From a bacterium (GTDB lineage: Bacteria > Patescibacteriota > Dojkabacteria > JAKAPS01 > JAJZLI01), in assembly GCA_021846685.1 (NCBI GenBank), contig JAJZWL010000006.1:1-60003 (forward strand): 60,003 nt of DNA. Direction: 5' to 3'. Below, in pieces: positions 46,495 to 56,044 of this stretch; positions within the stretch are counted from its first letter, which is position 1, and each line of letters opens with the position of its first letter. The position numbers and the translations under genes are program-made. The notes under the pieces were generated by a model. The model did not search any database, was not told where the DNA came from, and saw nothing but the letters and a program-made list of their open reading frames with translations.

Positions 46495-46518
46495 TAGGGA
46501 GATATATTTATCTCCCTA
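46495..46518 (+). terminator. Stem-loop downstream of the GlsB-like gene (possible terminator)
   Basis: A perfect 10-bp stem (tagggagata / tatctcccta) with a 4-nt loop lies 24 nt after the stop. No clear T-tract follows. Confidence 0.35.
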
Positions 46519-46560
46519 TAAATATGAATACGTGTATGTAATACATAATTAAGATAATCC

Positions 46561-47334
46561 ATGGAAAATAAAAAAATAATCTCTTGGAATGTAAATGGAA
46601 TAAGAGCAATATTTAAGAAAAATATAGACTCATTTTTAACTGAATATAACCCCGACGTCCTCTGTTTTCAAGAAATAAAAGCAAATGAAGATCAAATAAA
46701 AGATATTCCCCAAAAATTACAAAACTATTGGGCATACTATCATTCTGCTGAAAAAAAAGGATATAGTGGTGTTGTTACTTATTCAAAGATTAAACCCGAA
46801 AAAGTTGAATTTGGATTATCTGAGAATATACCTGATACTGAAGGACGGGTATTAAAAACTACATATGAAAAATTCATCCTATATAATATATATTTCCCAA
46901 ATGGAAAAAGAGATAACCAAAGACTAGAATATAAGCTTAATTTTTATAAATCTCTCCTTACTGTATTGAAAGAACATAAAAAAAATAATGATAATGTAAT
47001 AATAGTAGGGGATTATAATACAGCACATACAGAAATAGATCTTGCAAGACCAAAAGAAAATAGTAAAGTATCTGGTTTTTTAGATATAGAAAGAGAACTT
47101 CTAGATGAATTAATAAATATAGGATATACAGATACTCTTAGAACGTTTAAAAAAGACAAAGAACTATATACCTGGTGGGATCCTATAACAAGAGCAAGAG
47201 AACGTAATGTGGGATGGAGGATAGATTATATATTTGTAACAAACTCAATTGTTAAAAACATTAAAAATGCAGATATTCTATCTAATATTTATGGATCTGA
47301 TCATTGTCCTGTATCTATAGATATAAATATTTAA
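46561..47334 (+). CDS. xth: Exodeoxyribonuclease III (AP endonuclease)
   Basis: SWNVNGIRA, LCFQEIK, VGDYNTAH, WRIDYIF and GSDHCPV. Confidence 0.9.
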   Translation: MENKKIISWNVNGIRAIFKKNIDSFLTEYNPDVLCFQEIKANEDQIKDIPQKLQNYWAYYHSAEKKGYSGVVTYSKIKPEKVEFGLSENIPDTEGRVLKTTYEKFILYNIYFPNGKRDNQRLEYKLNFYKSLLTVLKEHKKNNDNVIIVGDYNTAHTEIDLARPKENSKVSGFLDIERELLDELINIGYTDTLRTFKKDKELYTWWDPITRARERNVGWRIDYIFVTNSIVKNIKNADILSNIYGSDHCPVSIDINI

Positions 47335-47425
47335 AAATATTTTCTATTACAATTAATTCCATAGTTTTAATAGAAGTTTCATTAAACTTGATCATAATGA
47401 CATTATATATTAGAATATAATTATC

Positions 47426-47755
47426 ATGAAACATATAACACCAGACGAAATAAAAAACAAGAAAGAGCAATATATACTTCTAGATATAAGAGAAGATCAC
47501 GAAAGAGCTCGTGATGGAGCTATACCTGGTTCTGAGAGTATCAATGGCTCAAAATTAGATATCTATAAATTAACTGAATTCTTTAAAGAGCATAATGGAG
47601 AACATATTGTCGTCTATTGTAATTCAGGAGCTAGATCAGAATCATTAATTGAAGTAGTAAATAAGAACAATATATATCATAAAGATAAAATCTCAAATCT
47701 TAAAGGAGGTTTTCAAATATGGAAAGCATCTCTATATGAAATTGAATACCCCTAA
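47426..47755 (+). CDS. Rhodanese-like single-domain sulfurtransferase
   Basis: LLDIREDHE and the active-site loop VVYCNSGARS. Confidence 0.8.
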   Translation: MKHITPDEIKNKKEQYILLDIREDHERARDGAIPGSESINGSKLDIYKLTEFFKEHNGEHIVVYCNSGARSESLIEVVNKNNIYHKDKISNLKGGFQIWKASLYEIEYP

Positions 47756-48590
47756 TTTTGCAGTAGTTATAACTACCGCAGGAGAAGAAAATTTATTACA
47801 AGCACTCTCTCATATTTCTGATATTAAAATACCCATATATGTAGTAACACCTGAAAATTATGGACTCACTGGAAATATAAAAATTATTAAAGATAATAAA
47901 AAAGGAAAACCTGCAGCCTTAAATCTTGCAATAGAAACTATAAAAGAAGACATACTAATACTCACAGATGGAGATGTATATACGACAACAAAATCAATAC
48001 AAAATATCATAGATAATTTTGATAGTGAGACAGGCCTTATAACCGGCAAAGTAATCTCTCTTAATACTAAAAACAACATGCTTGGGTTTTGGTCTCATTT
48101 CCTTACATATGCTGCCAATACTATGAGAAATGAAAAATATAAAAAAGGAGAATTTTTTGAAGCATCTGGATATCTACTTGCAGTAAGAAAAAATCTTTTA
48201 GGAAAAATTCCTTCAAATTCTTTATCAGAAGATGCTGTGATTTCTAAAATGATCAAAGATAAAGAATTCAAAATTAAATATATACCTACAGCAAAAGTAT
48301 ATGTAAAATATCCCACAAATTTTAAAGATTGGATAATTCAAAAAAAACGTAGTACAGGAGGTTATACCAGAAAAAATATAGAAAAAACTCAAGGAAATAG
48401 ATCTTTTTTAAAGGAAGCAATTAGAGGTGCAAAATTATTCTTCATTTATCCTGAAAATTTAAAAGAATATTTCTACCTAACTATGCTCTTTATTGCAAGA
48501 ATATATCTATGGATAATAATCCTTATAGATATAAAAATAAAAAGGAAAAAATTTAAAGATATATGGACAAGAGTTGAGAGTACTAAGTAA
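47736..48590 (+). CDS. Glycosyltransferase family 2 (with C-terminal TM segment)
   Basis: FAVVITTAGEE, KGKPAALN and LTDGDV (DxD) are GT-A motifs. It overlaps the rhodanese gene by 20 nt. Confidence 0.7.
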   Translation: MKLNTPNFAVVITTAGEENLLQALSHISDIKIPIYVVTPENYGLTGNIKIIKDNKKGKPAALNLAIETIKEDILILTDGDVYTTTKSIQNIIDNFDSETGLITGKVISLNTKNNMLGFWSHFLTYAANTMRNEKYKKGEFFEASGYLLAVRKNLLGKIPSNSLSEDAVISKMIKDKEFKIKYIPTAKVYVKYPTNFKDWIIQKKRSTGGYTRKNIEKTQGNRSFLKEAIRGAKLFFIYPENLKEYFYLTMLFIARIYLWIIILIDIKIKRKKFKDIWTRVESTK

Positions 48591-48613
48591 ATAAGATATA
48601 ATACCCTCTATCT

Positions 48614-49633
48614 ATGCCTATGCAAAACAAAGAAATACAAAATGCTCTCAAAAGAATAGAGTCTGCAGAAAAAATATTAATACTTATATCCTCCCCAGAT
48701 GGAGATAGTATAGGTACATCTATTGTACTTAAACACTTATTAGAAAGTAAGCAAAAATATGTTTCTCTATATTCAAATAAACCTATAAATAATAGTTTAA
48801 AAAGATTACCATTAATAGAGGAAATTGAAATCACTAATGTAGTAAAACTAGATTTTTATAATTATGATCTTTTAATAACAATAGATACTGCAAACTTAGA
48901 ACAACTATATAATTATAATATATATAAAAATTTTAAATTTCCAGATAATTTAGATATTTTATATATAGATCATCATTTTTCAAATACTAATTTCGGAAAA
49001 TATAAGTTATATGAACAAGTCTCGTCTACTGCAGAAGTTTTATTTAAATACCTCATTGAAAATAAATACGATCTATCGTTAGATGAAGCAGAACTATTAT
49101 ACTATGCCATAGCATATGATACAGGGTTTTTTAGATGGCAATTAAACCCATATACTTTTCACGCAGCATCTGAACTTTTAAAAAAGGAACTAGACTACGA
49201 TAAACTTTCAAATATATATTTTGAAAATATTGATGATAAATTTGCAAATATACTAGATATACTCGTTAAAAGAACAAAATTCCATAAAAAATTAAAATAT
49301 ACATCTCTATATATAGATGAGAAATTAATAAAAAAAATGAATATAGATAGAGAAAATTTAAAAAATTACCTAGATACATATAGGGCTAATTTTTTAATGA
49401 ATCTTACAAATTATGATATATCTGTGATAATAAGAGAGGCAAAGGGATTTAATATTATATCATTTAGAGGAAAATCTTATACGAATAAGATTAACTTAAC
49501 AGAAATTAATAAATATTCAGACTTTAAAGGAGGAGGTCATAAAAATGCATGCAGTTTCTCTTCTGAAAAAAACTATAAAGAAATACTACAAGAAATAAAT
49601 ACAGCTCTGAAAGATTTAAAATCAAAAGTTTAA
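48614..49633 (+). CDS. DHH/DHHA1 phosphoesterase (NrnA-like oligoribonuclease/pAp phosphatase)
   Basis: SSPDGDSIGTS, TIDTAN, IDHHFSN and C-terminal GGGHKNA. Confidence 0.8.
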   Translation: MPMQNKEIQNALKRIESAEKILILISSPDGDSIGTSIVLKHLLESKQKYVSLYSNKPINNSLKRLPLIEEIEITNVVKLDFYNYDLLITIDTANLEQLYNYNIYKNFKFPDNLDILYIDHHFSNTNFGKYKLYEQVSSTAEVLFKYLIENKYDLSLDEAELLYYAIAYDTGFFRWQLNPYTFHAASELLKKELDYDKLSNIYFENIDDKFANILDILVKRTKFHKKLKYTSLYIDEKLIKKMNIDRENLKNYLDTYRANFLMNLTNYDISVIIREAKGFNIISFRGKSYTNKINLTEINKYSDFKGGGHKNACSFSSEKNYKEILQEINTALKDLKSKV

Positions 49634-50514
49634 ACCTTTTTTATAAAAGACTCTAATATATAACTTTTTACTAGATCAATATCTCTTTCGGTACTAAATA
49701 TAACCACCTTTATAATATAAGTTGCAAAACTAGTCTCATCTATATATAGCTGAAAATTAATAACTTCAAAAGGAGACTCAGCTATTATGCTATCTAGTAT
49801 TTCTTTTATATCTTCAAATTTCCTTTTTTTATCTATTTCATATTTTACCTGACATCTAAATTTATGAACTTTATCAAATTTCTGTATTGCAGCTTGAATC
49901 AGAATACTATTTGGTATCTTTAAAGGAAAACCATCATCACCCATAATATCTGTATAAAAGATTCCTACATTATCTATAACACCAGTATATCCAGGTAATA
50001 GAAGATCTGATGAAAAAAACTTATTCGGATAACTAGGGAGAAGAAAACTATATTGCCAAGTAGTAACTTTAATTCTTTCTCCTATTTCAAACTGATTAAA
50101 CATTAATACTACAATTCCTGCAAATAAATTTGAAAGTATACTTTGAGAAGCCAATCCTGCTATTACTCCTATAAATGCACCACCTAGTAATATACCCGTT
50201 ATATTAATATTTAAGACTCTTAATACTATAAGGATTAATATAAAATATGAAAACAACAAAAAGACAAAATTTAAAATATTCTGTTCTCTTCTTTTCTTCA
50301 TTTTTGCAAATTTAAAAAACTTTTTAAAAATACTATTTTCTATAAAATTTATAACAAAAGATCCTATAATTATAACCAATATACCTATTAATAAGGAATA
50401 TATAGAATGAGAAATACGGAAATAATTAGTTACTTTTTGAAGAAAAACAATAAGTACTATCACAAATATAATAAATAAAGATATTAAGAATATAATTTTA
50501 TGTTTACCTTTCAT
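49630..50514 (-). CDS. Small-conductance mechanosensitive channel (MscS family)
   Basis: Three N-terminal TM helices, a pore-helix-like GLASQSILSNLFAGIVVL, then the beta-domain motif FEIGERIKV...GVIDNVG. Confidence 0.75.
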   Translation of the reverse strand: MKGKHKIIFLISLFIIFVIVLIVFLQKVTNYFRISHSIYSLLIGILVIIIGSFVINFIENSIFKKFFKFAKMKKRREQNILNFVFLLFSYFILILIVLRVLNINITGILLGGAFIGVIAGLASQSILSNLFAGIVVLMFNQFEIGERIKVTTWQYSFLLPSYPNKFFSSDLLLPGYTGVIDNVGIFYTDIMGDDGFPLKIPNSILIQAAIQKFDKVHKFRCQVKYEIDKKRKFEDIKEILDSIIAESPFEVINFQLYIDETSFATYIIKVVIFSTERDIDLVKSYILESFIKKV

Positions 50515-50535
50515 ACTATAATGTATATCACAAAT

Positions 50536-51162
50536 TCAACTTAATATAAAATAAGTATTTTTTTCTAAAATAAAACTGTCTTTTAATTTAAATTTAGAGT
50601 CATGTATCAACTGACTTATCTCTTGTTCTTCAAATCTATGTACATATCTCAAATCTATATTTTTATCCCAAGATAATAGATAATCAGAAGGTGAAATCCT
50701 AGTTGAAATACTTTTAATATTAAAATCCCAAATAGAGAATATAAATAATCCATTTTTGTCTAATATTTTTTTTATATCTTTAAATAATTTTAATCTGATT
50801 TTATAATCAGGAATATGATGTAATACTGCTATTAAAAATATTTTATTAAACTTTCCTAAATTCAAATTCCAATCAACTTCAGTAATATCTAAATTTAAAA
50901 AAGTATGCTCTGGATATTTTTCTTTTGCCAAGGAAGTAAGTGTTGAAGAAAAATCTATACCAGTATATTGAGAACTTGCAACAAATTCAGCAAATCTTCC
51001 ATTTCCAGCCCCTATATCCAATACACTATCACATTCTTTAATATATTCTTTTAATTTATAAAAACTCTCCCAGGGAAAGGATCTTTTTGAAGAAAAAGAT
51101 CCTCCGAAATCTTCATAAAATTTTTTGTTTATTTCTAATAATTCCTTTTTATTGAGTTTCAT
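50536..51162 (-). CDS. Trm9/ALKBH8-like class I SAM-dependent methyltransferase
   Basis: FSSKRSFPW (compare HFSSTRHTPW in ALKBH8 and HFSQTRYKPW in Trm9), SAM motif LDIGAGNG, IAVLHH (compare IAVIHH/IAVVHH), LLSW and RYVHRFEEQEI (compare RYYHVFREGEL). Confidence 0.7.
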   Translation of the reverse strand: MKLNKKELLEINKKFYEDFGGSFSSKRSFPWESFYKLKEYIKECDSVLDIGAGNGRFAEFVASSQYTGIDFSSTLTSLAKEKYPEHTFLNLDITEVDWNLNLGKFNKIFLIAVLHHIPDYKIRLKLFKDIKKILDKNGLFIFSIWDFNIKSISTRISPSDYLLSWDKNIDLRYVHRFEEQEISQLIHDSKFKLKDSFILEKNTYFILS

Positions 51163-51179
51163 AATATAATTATACTATT

Positions 51180-52760
51180 ATGTTCCCACAAAAAGATAAA
51201 AACAATATAAAACTGAGTGAAATAACTAATGGAAATAATACGCCCAGATCAGAAATAATAAGTAATTATCGCACAATCTGTAAAGAAAGAAATTTAAAAG
51301 AGGATAATCTATTTATAGAGAAACTAAAAATTAAACCTACCAGAACCCTTTCAGGAGTAGTCCCAATAACAGTATTAACTAAGCCCTTTCCTTGTCCAGG
51401 GAAGTGTATATTCTGTCCTGATGACATTATGATGCCTAAAAGCTACTTAACTCTTGAACCTGGAGCACAAAGAGCACTAATGAATAAATTTGATCCATAT
51501 TTACAAGTAAAAAATAGAATTCAAGCATTACAAAATATTGGACACAAAACAGAAAAAATAGAACTATTAGTATTAGGAGGAACTTGGAGTGTATATACAA
51601 GAGTATATCAGGAATGGTTTATTAAAAGATGCCTCGATGCTATGAATGAATTTCAATTTAAAGAATATAAATATACTAAAAATGTAAAAAATTTTGATAA
51701 TAAAATTATAGATAATGAACCTTTAATAAAAGAATGGGATATAGAGGAACTTAAAAAAGCTCAAATAATTAATGAAACTGCAAAATACAGATGCATTGGA
51801 ATAACCCTTGAAACTAGACCTGATAGAATCTCTGAAAAAGAGGTTATACATCTAAGAGAATTGGGAGCAACAAAAATACAATTAGGAATACAAACCACTA
51901 ATGATGAAATATTAAAAGAAAATAAGAGAGGAGAAGGATCAGAAGAACAGAAAAATTCTATTAATCTTCTAAGAAAAGCAGGATTTAAAATACAAATACA
52001 CTGGATGCCAAATCTATATAAATCTACTCCTGAAATGGATAAAAAAGATATTGAAATAATCTACAATAATAAATCCTATATGCCCGATGAAATTAAAATA
52101 TATCCTTGTTCTGTCATTGAAAGTGCTGAATTATACACTTATTGGAAAGAAAAAAAATTTAAACCTTACTCTGAAGAAGATCTAATGGATGTATTGATTC
52201 ATGCAAAAACAGTAGTTCCTATGTACTCTAGAATAAATAGATTAATCAGAGATATACCATCTACATATATAGAAGCTGGTAATAAAAAAACAAATTTCAG
52301 ACAAATAGTTCAATTAGAAATGGCTAAAAAAGGACTGTATTGTAAATGCATACGATGTAGAGAAATTAAAAATGAAGAAATCAAAGATATTACTTTTGAC
52401 TTATATGAATATGAAACAGAAGTATCTTTTGAAAAATTCCTATCCTTTAATTCTGAAAAGAAAATATTAGGATTTTTACGACTTTCTCTTCCAAAAGATA
52501 AAAATCACTTTATAGAAGAATTAAACAACTCTGCAATAATAAGAGAGGTTCATATATATGGACCGGCTTTAGCTATAAAAGAAATATCTTTATCTGCTCA
52601 ACATCTTGGATTAGGTACAAAACTTATTAAAAAAGCCGAAGAAATATCTAAAAAAAATAATTTTGAAAAAATATCTGTAATATCAGGAATTGGAACTAGA
52701 GAATATTATAGAAAAAGAGGTTATACTTTAAATAAATTATACCAATCAAAAAACATATAA
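51180..52760 (+). CDS. elp3: Elp3-family radical SAM / GNAT enzyme (tRNA U34 cm5-type modification)
   Basis: Radical SAM cluster CPGKCIFCP, a TIM-barrel region (IGITLETRPD, KIQLGIQT) and the C-terminal GNAT block IREVHIYG...QHLGLGTKLIKKAEEI...ISVISGIGTREYYRKRGY. Confidence 0.9.
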   Translation: MFPQKDKNNIKLSEITNGNNTPRSEIISNYRTICKERNLKEDNLFIEKLKIKPTRTLSGVVPITVLTKPFPCPGKCIFCPDDIMMPKSYLTLEPGAQRALMNKFDPYLQVKNRIQALQNIGHKTEKIELLVLGGTWSVYTRVYQEWFIKRCLDAMNEFQFKEYKYTKNVKNFDNKIIDNEPLIKEWDIEELKKAQIINETAKYRCIGITLETRPDRISEKEVIHLRELGATKIQLGIQTTNDEILKENKRGEGSEEQKNSINLLRKAGFKIQIHWMPNLYKSTPEMDKKDIEIIYNNKSYMPDEIKIYPCSVIESAELYTYWKEKKFKPYSEEDLMDVLIHAKTVVPMYSRINRLIRDIPSTYIEAGNKKTNFRQIVQLEMAKKGLYCKCIRCREIKNEEIKDITFDLYEYETEVSFEKFLSFNSEKKILGFLRLSLPKDKNHFIEELNNSAIIREVHIYGPALAIKEISLSAQHLGLGTKLIKKAEEISKKNNFEKISVISGIGTREYYRKRGYTLNKLYQSKNI

Positions 52761-52762
52761 TA

Positions 52763-54028
52763 ATGGATAATGAAGAAATATATACAGTTAAACAAATAAA
52801 CAAACTCTCTTCTCAGATACTCAGAGAATCTTTCTCTAATATATATATAAAGGGAGAAATTTCAGGGTTACAATTTAGATCTGAAAAATGGACTTTTTTT
52901 GAGCTCAAAGATGAGACTGCTATTATAAAATGCGTTAATTTCTCAGGGTCAATATATAAATATAAAGATTTAATAAAAGATGGAAATGAAATAATAGTAT
53001 CAGGTTATATAAATATATATGAAAAAACAGGGAGCTATCAGTGTAATATCGAAGATGTAATTATATTAAAAGATGATGGGGCATTATTTTTAAAAATAGA
53101 AGAGATAAAAAAAAGACTTTACGAAGAAGGTTTATTTGATGAAGAAAAAAAGAAAAAAATAACAGAAATTCCAAGAAGCATAGGAGTCATAACTTCTCTT
53201 GAGAAAGCATCAATGGCTTATAAGGATTTTGTAAAAACAATAAAAACTCGATTTCCTTTAATAGATATATATCTTTATGATGCCAAAGTACAAGGAATTG
53301 ATGCTGAAAAAGACATTATAAACGGTATAAAATATTTTAATGACAAAAAATATATAGATATTATAGTTTTAACAAGAGGTGGAGGATCTATTGAGGATTT
53401 AATGACTTTTAATTCTGAACTCCTAGCGAGAGAAATATACGCATCAGAAAAAATTATTGTCTCAGCAGTAGGACATGAAGGAAATATTTCTATATCTGAT
53501 CTTGTTTCAGACATACACGCATTTACTCCAACTCATGCAGCTACATTAGTTTCCCCTGATTCAAAAGAACTTAAAAAAAATCTTCATTTTCATTTAATAA
53601 ATATGAATAATAATGTAAAAAAGGAAGTAGATAGTATGGAATATAAAATTAATTATTCTTTCTCTTCTATCAAACAAAGCTCTTTATATAAAATAAATGA
53701 AGAGATACAGTTTTTAAATGAATCTTTTTTTAAAATAAAAGAAAAATTAAATATACTTTCAAATACTAGAAGTATACTTAATTTTAAAATGAAGAACATG
53801 CTGAGTACATTTGATAACAATAAAAAAGTATTAAGTGAAGATATCAAAAATAGAAAAAAAATAATAGATTCTTACAATCCTTTGAATTTGTTGTCTAAAG
53901 GCTATTCTTTGATATATAAAGATAATAAAATTATAAAAAGTATAGACACATTAAATATAAATGATATAATAAAATTGAGTTTAATTGATGGCTCATTTTT
54001 AAGTAAAATTATAAAAAAGGATGACTAA
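52763..54028 (+). CDS. xseA: Exodeoxyribonuclease VII large subunit
   Basis: An N-terminal OB fold (YIKGEISGL...WTFFELKD), IGVITS, RGGGSIEDL, SAVGHE and FTPTHAA, then a coiled-coil tail. It overlaps xseB by 8 nt. Confidence 0.9.
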   Translation: MDNEEIYTVKQINKLSSQILRESFSNIYIKGEISGLQFRSEKWTFFELKDETAIIKCVNFSGSIYKYKDLIKDGNEIIVSGYINIYEKTGSYQCNIEDVIILKDDGALFLKIEEIKKRLYEEGLFDEEKKKKITEIPRSIGVITSLEKASMAYKDFVKTIKTRFPLIDIYLYDAKVQGIDAEKDIINGIKYFNDKKYIDIIVLTRGGGSIEDLMTFNSELLAREIYASEKIIVSAVGHEGNISISDLVSDIHAFTPTHAATLVSPDSKELKKNLHFHLINMNNNVKKEVDSMEYKINYSFSSIKQSSLYKINEEIQFLNESFFKIKEKLNILSNTRSILNFKMKNMLSTFDNNKKVLSEDIKNRKKIIDSYNPLNLLSKGYSLIYKDNKIIKSIDTLNINDIIKLSLIDGSFLSKIIKKDD

Positions 54029-54236
54029 GGAAAAGAAGATTTCATTTACACAGGCATATAAAAATTTTGAGAAATTATCAGAGGAGATAGAAAATAATCA
54101 AGATCTTTCAATAGAAGATCAATTAGAAAAAATAGAAGAAGCAACTAAATTATATAAGATCTGTATTAAGTATTTAGAAGAGACTAAAAATAAGATAGTG
54201 ACAATTAATAAAAATATTGAAGATGTAGAACTATAA
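54021..54236 (+). CDS. xseB: Exodeoxyribonuclease VII small subunit
   Basis: A 71-aa helical hairpin protein with FEKLSEEIENNQDLSIEDQLEKIEEATKLYKIC. It is coupled to xseA. Confidence 0.8.
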   Translation: MTKEKKISFTQAYKNFEKLSEEIENNQDLSIEDQLEKIEEATKLYKICIKYLEETKNKIVTINKNIEDVEL

Positions 54237-54238
54237 AT

Positions 54239-55789
54239 ATGAATACAAATAGGAATACTAATCAAACAAAAAAGTATATACTTATAGCATTAATAGCATT
54301 AATGTTTGTTATTTCCATCCTTTTTCCATTTGTAAATAACAGCACATTAGCAACTACTAGTTATAATGAAAAGAATCCTTCTGTTAGTCTAAATATGGCA
54401 CCTCCTTCTGCAGCTACTGTGATCTATGCAAAAGATGGAGAAGTTATTGGGAAAATATATAACTCTCAAGAATCTGCCTATCAATATATGCAAAATCCTA
54501 CTGAGCAAGGACAATCAATACTTTATCACCTTATAAATGTACCTCCTTATTCATCAAATCCTACGATTCTATCAATAGCTACAAAATTAAAAACTTATCT
54601 ACTTAAACTTTTTAAAAATAATAATGTTATTTCAAGTACAGACTATAATCAAGCAATAAACAATGTCGGACAACCATATTTTCAAGTCTTACATACCCCA
54701 TATTTTACTGAATATGTAATAAGAAAATTATATCAAAAATATCAAAAATATTTATTAACAGGAGGATTAAAGGTCTATACAACTGTTTCTCCATATTGGA
54801 ATACAGTAGCACAAAATATAGTGACTCAAGATGTTGCAAAATATACGTTACCTTATGGAGCTAGTGATGCAGCATTAGTTGCTGATAATCCTACCAATGG
54901 ACAGATTATTGCCATGGTAGGAGGTCCAAATTATCAACAAAATCAAATTAATATGGCAGATGTTCCTAGGCATCAAGGATCATCTATGAAACCTTTAATA
55001 TATATTAAAGCATTTGAAATGGGATACTCTCCTAAAACTATGATTGATGATGCTCCAGTATGCTTTGGATCAGGATCAAATGCATATTGCCCTACTGATT
55101 ACGGAGGCCAAACAAAAGGTTGGATGTCAATAACACAAGCTATTAACCAATCTATTAATATTCCTGCTATAAAGATGTTTAATAGAATTGGATATCAAAA
55201 TGGATTAAATACTTTGCTCTCAGAAGGTATTAAATTAAATACAAAAAGATATTATGGATTACCTTTAATATTAGGAGATACAGGTGTTCCAGTTGTTAGA
55301 ATGGTCGGTGCATATAATGCATTAAATAATGGTGGATATTATGCTCAATCTACTCCATTCTTAAAAATAGTATATAATGGCAAGACTCTATATAATAGTG
55401 CAAATGTTCAAAGAAAAAGAATTTTGCAAGCTAATCCTGTTGCTGAAATGGATACATTACTCGGAGATACTGCGATGAAACAACCAATGTATGGTCCAGA
55501 AACATATTATTTCTCAATACAAGGTAGACCTTATGGATCAAAAGATGGAACTACTAATGGACCTAAGGGGATCACAGTATATGAATTTATACCTCAAGTA
55601 ACAGTAGGAGTCTGGGCAGGAAATGCTAATGATTCATTGATAAGTCCTAATGCAGTTGGAGCATTTGAAACAGGGCCATTTGCACACTCATTCATTATGG
55701 ATTATATAAAAGAGAAGAATTTGCCAGTAGTAAATTATCCTACTCCTGTATACCCCCAATTAACATCTACAACAGCAACTATTCCTTAA
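54239..55789 (+). CDS. Penicillin-binding protein, class-A-derived transpeptidase lacking the GT51 glycosyltransferase core (paralog 1)
   Basis: A TM anchor with transpeptidase boxes SSMK (SxxK), SIN (SxN) and KDG in the position of KTG (GSKDGTTNG). EDxxFxxHxG and GGSTITQQ are absent. Confidence 0.8.
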   Translation: MNTNRNTNQTKKYILIALIALMFVISILFPFVNNSTLATTSYNEKNPSVSLNMAPPSAATVIYAKDGEVIGKIYNSQESAYQYMQNPTEQGQSILYHLINVPPYSSNPTILSIATKLKTYLLKLFKNNNVISSTDYNQAINNVGQPYFQVLHTPYFTEYVIRKLYQKYQKYLLTGGLKVYTTVSPYWNTVAQNIVTQDVAKYTLPYGASDAALVADNPTNGQIIAMVGGPNYQQNQINMADVPRHQGSSMKPLIYIKAFEMGYSPKTMIDDAPVCFGSGSNAYCPTDYGGQTKGWMSITQAINQSINIPAIKMFNRIGYQNGLNTLLSEGIKLNTKRYYGLPLILGDTGVPVVRMVGAYNALNNGGYYAQSTPFLKIVYNGKTLYNSANVQRKRILQANPVAEMDTLLGDTAMKQPMYGPETYYFSIQGRPYGSKDGTTNGPKGITVYEFIPQVTVGVWAGNANDSLISPNAVGAFETGPFAHSFIMDYIKEKNLPVVNYPTPVYPQLTSTTATIP

Positions 55790-56044
55790 ACTATACTGCA
55801 ATAAATTTAATAAATCTATTTTCTATAATTCTAATTAAATATAATATTATATTAACAGTAATAATTAGAGTAATATGGCATCTTTATATATAAATGTTAT
55901 AATCATACAGATTGTACTGTGATATATTTTGACTTGAATTTTGATAGAAAGTGAAATTTAAATTTTTAATAAAATGAATAAAAGATTGATATTTATTAAA
56001 AATATTCAGCTGTAATCTAGTTATAATTATACAAAAAAAAGAAT

